From Syntrophomonadaceae bacterium (lineage in GTDB: Bacteria > Bacillota > Dethiobacteria > DTU022 > UBA8154), in contig PWTK01000105.1 of the NCBI GenBank assembly GCA_003563895.1, positions 15,129 to 79,128 on the forward strand: 64,000 nucleotides of DNA. The letters run 5' to 3'. The stretch's first letter is position 1. Each line of letters begins with the position of its first letter. The notes under the pieces were generated by a model. It was not told the DNA's origin. It searched no databases and saw only the letters and a list, made by a program, of their open reading frames with translations. Shown piece after piece: positions 59,390 to 64,000 of this stretch. A program made the position numbers and the translations under genes.

Positions 59390-59699
59390 TCATCCGGCGC
59401 ATGATGACGGAAGGGACCTCAACATTGCATAAAACATAGTGATTATTGATTTTGTTAAGGTACCCTTTAAACATGATGCGCTGGTTAAATAGATTCCAGT
59501 GCCACAGGTGCGGGTATGAGCATATTTACGAGATTGTAACCAAGAAAATGTCCCTTCTTGAGTTAATCGGATGACCACATAAAACATTGCATAAAACATT
59601 ACCGGTTTATTCGACATTTATGTCTCATTCCCTCTTAAAAACCCTATATATTCGCAATAAGGCTCCGTATCAACCCCCATATTTACGGGTATTGCCCGG

Positions 59700-59731
59700 A
59701 TAAAAAAACCTCCCATGCGGGAATGGGGAGG
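59700..59731 (-). terminator. Rho-independent terminator after the response regulator gene
   Basis: Minus-strand sense CCCTCCCCAT-tcccgc-ATGGGAGG followed by TTTTTTTAT. Confidence 0.6.
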
Positions 59732-59800
59732 GAACCGAAGCATAAGCGCCTGCAGCCGGGCAAGCACCCGAGCCGTGACTATGTTGGGATGCAGGAAACA

Positions 59801-60487
59801 CTACTCAGGAACCTCTTCCTCATTTAATTCTTCAAGAAGCCCGTGCCTTATGGCATACTTGACCAGGTCTGAGCGGTAGTTTACATTCAACTTCTCACGG
59901 ATGCGGGCCTTGTGGCTCTCCACGGTCTTAATGCTGACCACTAGTTTGTCGGCTATTTGCTTATTGGTGTAGCCCAAGGCTACCAGCCTGAGGACCTCTT
60001 TTTCCCGTCCGCTGAGGAGCTTCCCTTTTTCTTCTTCGCTTCCTTGTCTTCCCGGGCGATATCCTTCATAATAGCTCTTCAGCACCCCCCTGGTCAGTGA
60101 AGTGTCCAGAAACACTTCGTCACGGTTAACGGCCCTGATGGCAGCCAGCAGTTCAATGTCGGCCGCTTTTTTTATTATATACCCATCACCACCGCTCTCC
60201 ATGACCGTGTGGAGATATCCTTCGTCATCATACATGGTAAGAACCAGTACTTTAATGTGAGGGTGGATCTGTTTCAGCTCGGGGATGAGCTCCAACCCGT
60301 TCATGTCATCGAGAGACAGGTCCAGCAGGACAACCCGGGGAGAAAGCTCGGCAGCCAGCTGCAGCGCCTTTTTGCCGCTTCCCGTTTCCCCCACCACTTC
60401 TATGTCCTTTTGGGCATCCAAAAGCATTTTTAACCCGTTGCGCAAAACGGTGTGATCGTCCACAATAAGTACTGTGATCAAATCCAT
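59801..60487 (-). CDS. NarL/LuxR-family response regulator (REC + HTH_LuxR)
   Basis: 228 aa with the phospho-acceptor region LLDLSLDDMNG and a C-terminal LuxR helix-turn-helix. Confidence 0.9.
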   Translation of the reverse strand: MDLITVLIVDDHTVLRNGLKMLLDAQKDIEVVGETGSGKKALQLAAELSPRVVLLDLSLDDMNGLELIPELKQIHPHIKVLVLTMYDDEGYLHTVMESGGDGYIIKKAADIELLAAIRAVNRDEVFLDTSLTRGVLKSYYEGYRPGRQGSEEEKGKLLSGREKEVLRLVALGYTNKQIADKLVVSIKTVESHKARIREKLNVNYRSDLVKYAIRHGLLEELNEEEVPE

Positions 60488-60562
60488 GGCCCGTACCGTC
60501 CTTTTCCCGCTTTAAATCACTGTCATTATACAGTATTTACCCCGAACTGACAACAGGCAGGC

Positions 60563-60607
60563 AGAAAAATAAACGGGAGCCAGGGTTAAAACCCTGACTC
60601 CCGTTTT
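60563..60607 (-). terminator. Rho-independent terminator after fdnH
   Basis: Minus-strand sense AAACGGGAG-TCAGGGTTTTAACCCTGG-CTCCCGTTT followed by ATTTTTCT. Confidence 0.7.
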
Positions 60608-60662
60608 CGCGTCGGTATCGGCTGTGTTGCCTGGTCCAGTTTTTCTCTGCAGCCAAAGCTTC

Positions 60663-61454
60663 TTATTTTGCCGCCTTTTCGTTCTCCTTTTTGACCTTTT
60701 CCCTGCGGAAGGTATACCAGCTGCCCAGCATGCCTGCCACCAGCCCAGCCATGGCAAGCGTCTTCAGGGGGCGCATTGCCACTTTCCAGAGGTGAGTGGT
60801 GTAAGACACGGTCGGGCTCACAGGGAGGCCGTACATATCGGGGCTGTCAGCAAGCACGTAGATTACCCCCATGCCGCCCAGCTCATCCACGCCGTAAAGC
60901 TGGGCATTGGCAACGCCTCTTTCCTGCAGCTCGGCTACCCGCGCTTCCGCTTCGGCGATTTTTTCATCAGCTGTGCCAAATGTTACTGCTCCTGAAGGGC
61001 AGGCCTTGGAACAGGCCGTGGCATAACCGGCCGCCACGCGGTGCAGGCAGAAGTTGCACTTGTAGGCCTTTTCATCAACCTCTGGGCCCCTCGGGATTTC
61101 GAAGGGGCAGGCGCCGGTGCAGGCACCGCAGGCGATGCACTCTTCATGGTTGATGATAACGGCGCCTGTATCGGTCCGGCTGATGGCATCTACGGGGCAG
61201 ATTTCCATGCAGCCCGCTTCCGTACAGTGCATGCAGGAGAAGAAGTTAAAGTACCACTTCACTTCACCATTGTTTGCGTGCTCGTTGAACTTGACGCGAC
61301 TCCAGGTAACAAAATCTAAGTCGGCGGGATTCTCATAGGAGCCTGTAAATTCGGTTTCCACTGCAGGCAGCTGGTTCCACTGCTTGCATGCCACCTGGCA
61401 GCCCTTACAGGCCATACACTTGGTTACATCTATCAACCTAACATTATTTGCCAT
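60663..61454 (-). CDS. fdnH: formate dehydrogenase-N-type iron-sulfur (beta) subunit with a C-terminal membrane anchor
   Basis: 263 aa. Four ferredoxin-type Cys clusters and one C-terminal transmembrane helix. Its stop is immediately adjacent to the alpha-subunit stop codon region (61455). Confidence 0.8.
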   Translation of the reverse strand: MANNVRLIDVTKCMACKGCQVACKQWNQLPAVETEFTGSYENPADLDFVTWSRVKFNEHANNGEVKWYFNFFSCMHCTEAGCMEICPVDAISRTDTGAVIINHEECIACGACTGACPFEIPRGPEVDEKAYKCNFCLHRVAAGYATACSKACPSGAVTFGTADEKIAEAEARVAELQERGVANAQLYGVDELGGMGVIYVLADSPDMYGLPVSPTVSYTTHLWKVAMRPLKTLAMAGLVAGMLGSWYTFRREKVKKENEKAAK

Positions 61455-64000
61455 TTAGCCCGCCCTCCTTATATTGCAGATAAACGACTTGAACTCCGGA
61501 ATGGTTGTGTTGGCACAACCGATGGTGGGGGTCAGGTCATTGGCGGAAGCTCCGCTGGAAAGACCCTTGAAACCCCAGTGCCAGGGCATACCTACGATTT
61601 CCTTCTCCTCGCCGTTAATCATCAAAGGCTTAACGCGCGGAGTCACTGCTACTTTACACTGAATGGTGCCTCTTTTGCTCTCAATCTCCACCATGTCGCC
61701 GTTTTCAACCCCGATTTCTGCAGCCAGGGAGGGGCTGATTTCACAGAACATTTCCGGCATCGCTTCGACCAACCAGGGGTTGTTCCGGGTCATAATCCCG
61801 GTCTGGTAGTGCTCTGTCAGGCGGTATGTGGTGGCGATGTACGGATAGTCCGCGCTTTCCCCCCGGTCTTCAGGGTACCATACCTTACAGACAGGGTTGA
61901 ACTGCACATCAGACATCCTGTTGGCAGTTATGCTCTCCCAGGGCTCGTAGTGCTCGGGGAAGGGGCCGTCTACCATGGTTCCAGTTAACCCTGCAAATAA
62001 TCTTGACTGCAGTTCCGGGGTCATGATGAAGGGTTTATCGGCTGTTTCTTCCGGGGGTACGTTGGCATTAAAATCAGGAACGTCTATTGTTACCCATTCA
62101 TTGTCTTCCCACCTGAACAGCGCCTTGTCAGGGTTCCAGGGGTTCCCTTCTGCATCACAGGAGCAGCGGTTGTAGACGATTCTGCGGTTGGCGGGCCAGG
62201 CGAATGACCAGTCATGGTTGAGGCCGAGGCCTTCTGTTTCCCTGGTGCGGTTCTTGCAGGCAGGGTCGGCCTCGTCCGCATAGAAACCGGTATAAATCCA
62301 GCTCCCAGCAGCCACTTCGCCGTCATCACTTCCGGTAATGTCGCCAAATCCAGTAGCCAGCTCGCCGGTGTCCCAGTAGAACCCGTTGATCTCCATGCAT
62401 ACTTTGGGAATATCCACTTCGTCGTCGCCGTAATCCCAGTACATGTCCACGATGGGTCCGGGGAATGCTCCGCCTTCTTCTTCGTAGAGGTTCCTGATTG
62501 CATGGAAGAGTTGGTTGACAATCCAGTAGTCCGGCTTGGCCTCCCCGGGAGGATCCTGGGCTTTGTGTCTCCACTGGATCCAGCGGCCGGAGTTGGTAAT
62601 GGTGCCTTCTTTTTCAAAGTGCATGCAGGCAGGCAGCAGGAACACTTCCGTGTCTACTTCTTCGGGGTTCATATCGGGAGCTTTCCAGAAGGCTGCCGTT
62701 TCATTTTCATAAATGTCAGCGCAAACCAGCCAATCCAGCTCCGCCTGGGCCCTGCGCTTTCTTATGGTATTGGCTCCACCCACCACCGGGTTGTCGGCAA
62801 AGCAGAACAGGCCTTTGATTTCCCCCTTGGCCATATAGGTGTAATAGGCAACAGACGAGCGGTTTTTGTCCAGCCGGGGCAGGTAATCAAAGTGGAAGTC
62901 GTTTTCTTCTGTGGCATTGTCACCCCAGAACGCTTTCAGCATCGAGGCCATAAACTTCGGTCGGTTGACCCAGTACCCGGAATCTGGTGCAGCAGCGTTA
63001 TAGGCTGCCAAATCCTGCCCATCACTGGGCATGGGCATATACCCGGTTACGATATGGAAGAGCTGGCCCATATCGCAAGCGCCCTGCACGTTGGACTGGC
63101 CCCGCTGGGCGTTCACACCGCCACCGGCGATGCCAACATTGCCCAGCAGCAGCTGAAGGATGGCGCAGCTGCGCACGTTTTGTGAACCGTGGGTAAACTG
63201 GGTAAGTCCCATGGCGTAGGAGATATTTCCGGCTTTGCCGGGTTCACCGGTGCTGCAGAACATCTCTGCCACTTCCACGAACTTGTCCTCGGGGCAGCCG
63301 GTGATTTCGCTGACGGTCTGCACGTTGTAGCGGGCATAGTGATTCTTGAACAGCTGCCACACGCAGTTGGAATCCTGCAGGGTTTCATCTTTTAAGATAT
63401 TGCCCTCTTCATCCCTCTGGTAGTCCCAGCTTGTCCTGTCGTAGGACTTCTGCCCGTCACCGAGGTCCGGTGCATCCTGAACGCCGGTGAACAACCCGTC
63501 GCTGTAACCAAAATCAGGGTTGATTAAACTGGAGGCATTGGTGAACAGTTTTACATACTCTTCATGATACTTGTTGTTTTCAATGGCATAGTTGATCAAC
63601 CCGGAGAAAAACGCTACATTGGTGCCGGGACGGATTGGCGCATACAGGTCGGAAACAGCAGAAGTGCGGGTGAAGCGGGGGTCCACTGAAATCAGCTTGG
63701 CACCGTTGTCCAGAGCCGCTTGAATCCACTTCATGGAAATGGGGTGGTTCTCAACGGTGTTTCCACCGATGTTCATGATTACATCGGAGTTGCGGTAATC
63801 GATCCAGTGGTTGGTCATAACGCCTCTACCAAATGAGTTGCCCAAACCTTGGACAGTTGAGGAGTGTCACAACCGGGCGCAGTGGTCCATATTGACAATG
63901 CCATTGGCGGCAACAAACTTTCTAAAGAGATAGTTCTCTTCGTTATTGCACATGGCACTGCCCACCCAGGCCAGGGCTTCGCAGCGGTTCGCCACCAGCC
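61455..64000 (-). CDS. fdnG: selenocysteine-containing molybdopterin formate dehydrogenase alpha subunit (FdnG/FdoG-like); N-terminus lies beyond the window
   Basis: The 796-aa track ORF starts at a TTG, but the frame stays open upstream through an in-frame TGA (63867-63869). The surrounding translation ...[29 protein letters not shown]...VDPRFTRT matches the Sec region of FdnG/FdhF-type enzymes (recalled motif ARV-U-HGPTV...FGRGAMTNHW). Confidence 0.85.
63867..63869 (-). other. in-frame UGA selenocysteine codon of fdnG
   Basis: Its position aligns with the catalytic Sec of formate dehydrogenases. A candidate SECIS hairpin GUCCAA-GGU-UUGGGC begins about 13 nt downstream. Confidence 0.7.

Noticed and set aside
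60512-60757. 81-aa ORF in the spacer between the response-regulator gene and fdnH
   Set aside because: It is highly basic and low-complexity, has no RBS, and overlaps the fdnH terminator hairpin. I consider it spurious.

Overview
The window is a gene-dense chromosomal segment, almost entirely transcribed on the minus strand, from what looks like an anaerobic Gram-positive (Clostridia-like) bacterium. The taxon guess rests on gene content only.

Recognisable content by region:
- 1..7.6 kb: miaA (C-terminal end truncated by the window edge), mutL, mutS, a Fur-family regulator and miaB.
- 13.6..20.6 kb: leuD, leuC, a short isopropylmalate/homocitrate-synthase-like gene, proA, proB and proC.
- 20.76 kb: a tRNA-Trp gene, followed by an uncharacterised zinc-ribbon protein and a 430-aa radical SAM/SPASM enzyme.
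- 23.9..25.8 kb: a FakA-like fusion of a DAK2 domain and a DegV domain.
- 26.1..32.5 kb: a five-gene plus-strand operon of DUF1295, DUF2177, a cytoplasmic gamma-glutamyltranspeptidase (GGT), a fusion of an ATP-grasp ligase to a degenerate M20-like domain, and an N-formylglutamate-amidohydrolase (FGase)-like protein.
- 32.8..42.7 kb: Asp23, a small membrane protein, a second radical SAM/SPASM enzyme, then CBS, YlbF, PP2C, Sir2, macro-domain and other small enzymes.
- 43.0..45.1 kb: deoC and rtcB.
- 45.8..55.2 kb: an unusually complete cluster for salvage of SAM by-products: mtaD-like deaminase, ahcY, adenosine kinase, surE, class II aldolase, mtnA, mtnP and a second archaeal-type ahcY.
- 55.6..64.0 kb: sodA, a LysM protein, a three-gene tRNA operon (Tyr, Lys, Leu) with its own promoter and terminators, a NarL-type two-component pair, and fdnH plus fdnG (N-terminus off-window) with an in-frame UGA selenocysteine codon.

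Features of note:
- A previously unannotated ~152-bp MITE-like mobile element is present in six 93-98 % identical copies. Each sits in an intergenic spacer and each is flanked by a 9-bp AT-rich target-site duplication.
- Two further conserved non-coding motif pairs were found: a ~70-bp element shared by the upstream regions of the radical-SAM and Asp23 loci, and a ~110-bp element downstream of ahcY and of the LysM gene.
- The GGT, ATP-grasp/M20-like and FGase-like operon is bracketed by two inverted MITE copies.

No CRISPR array, integrase or full-length IS element was seen.
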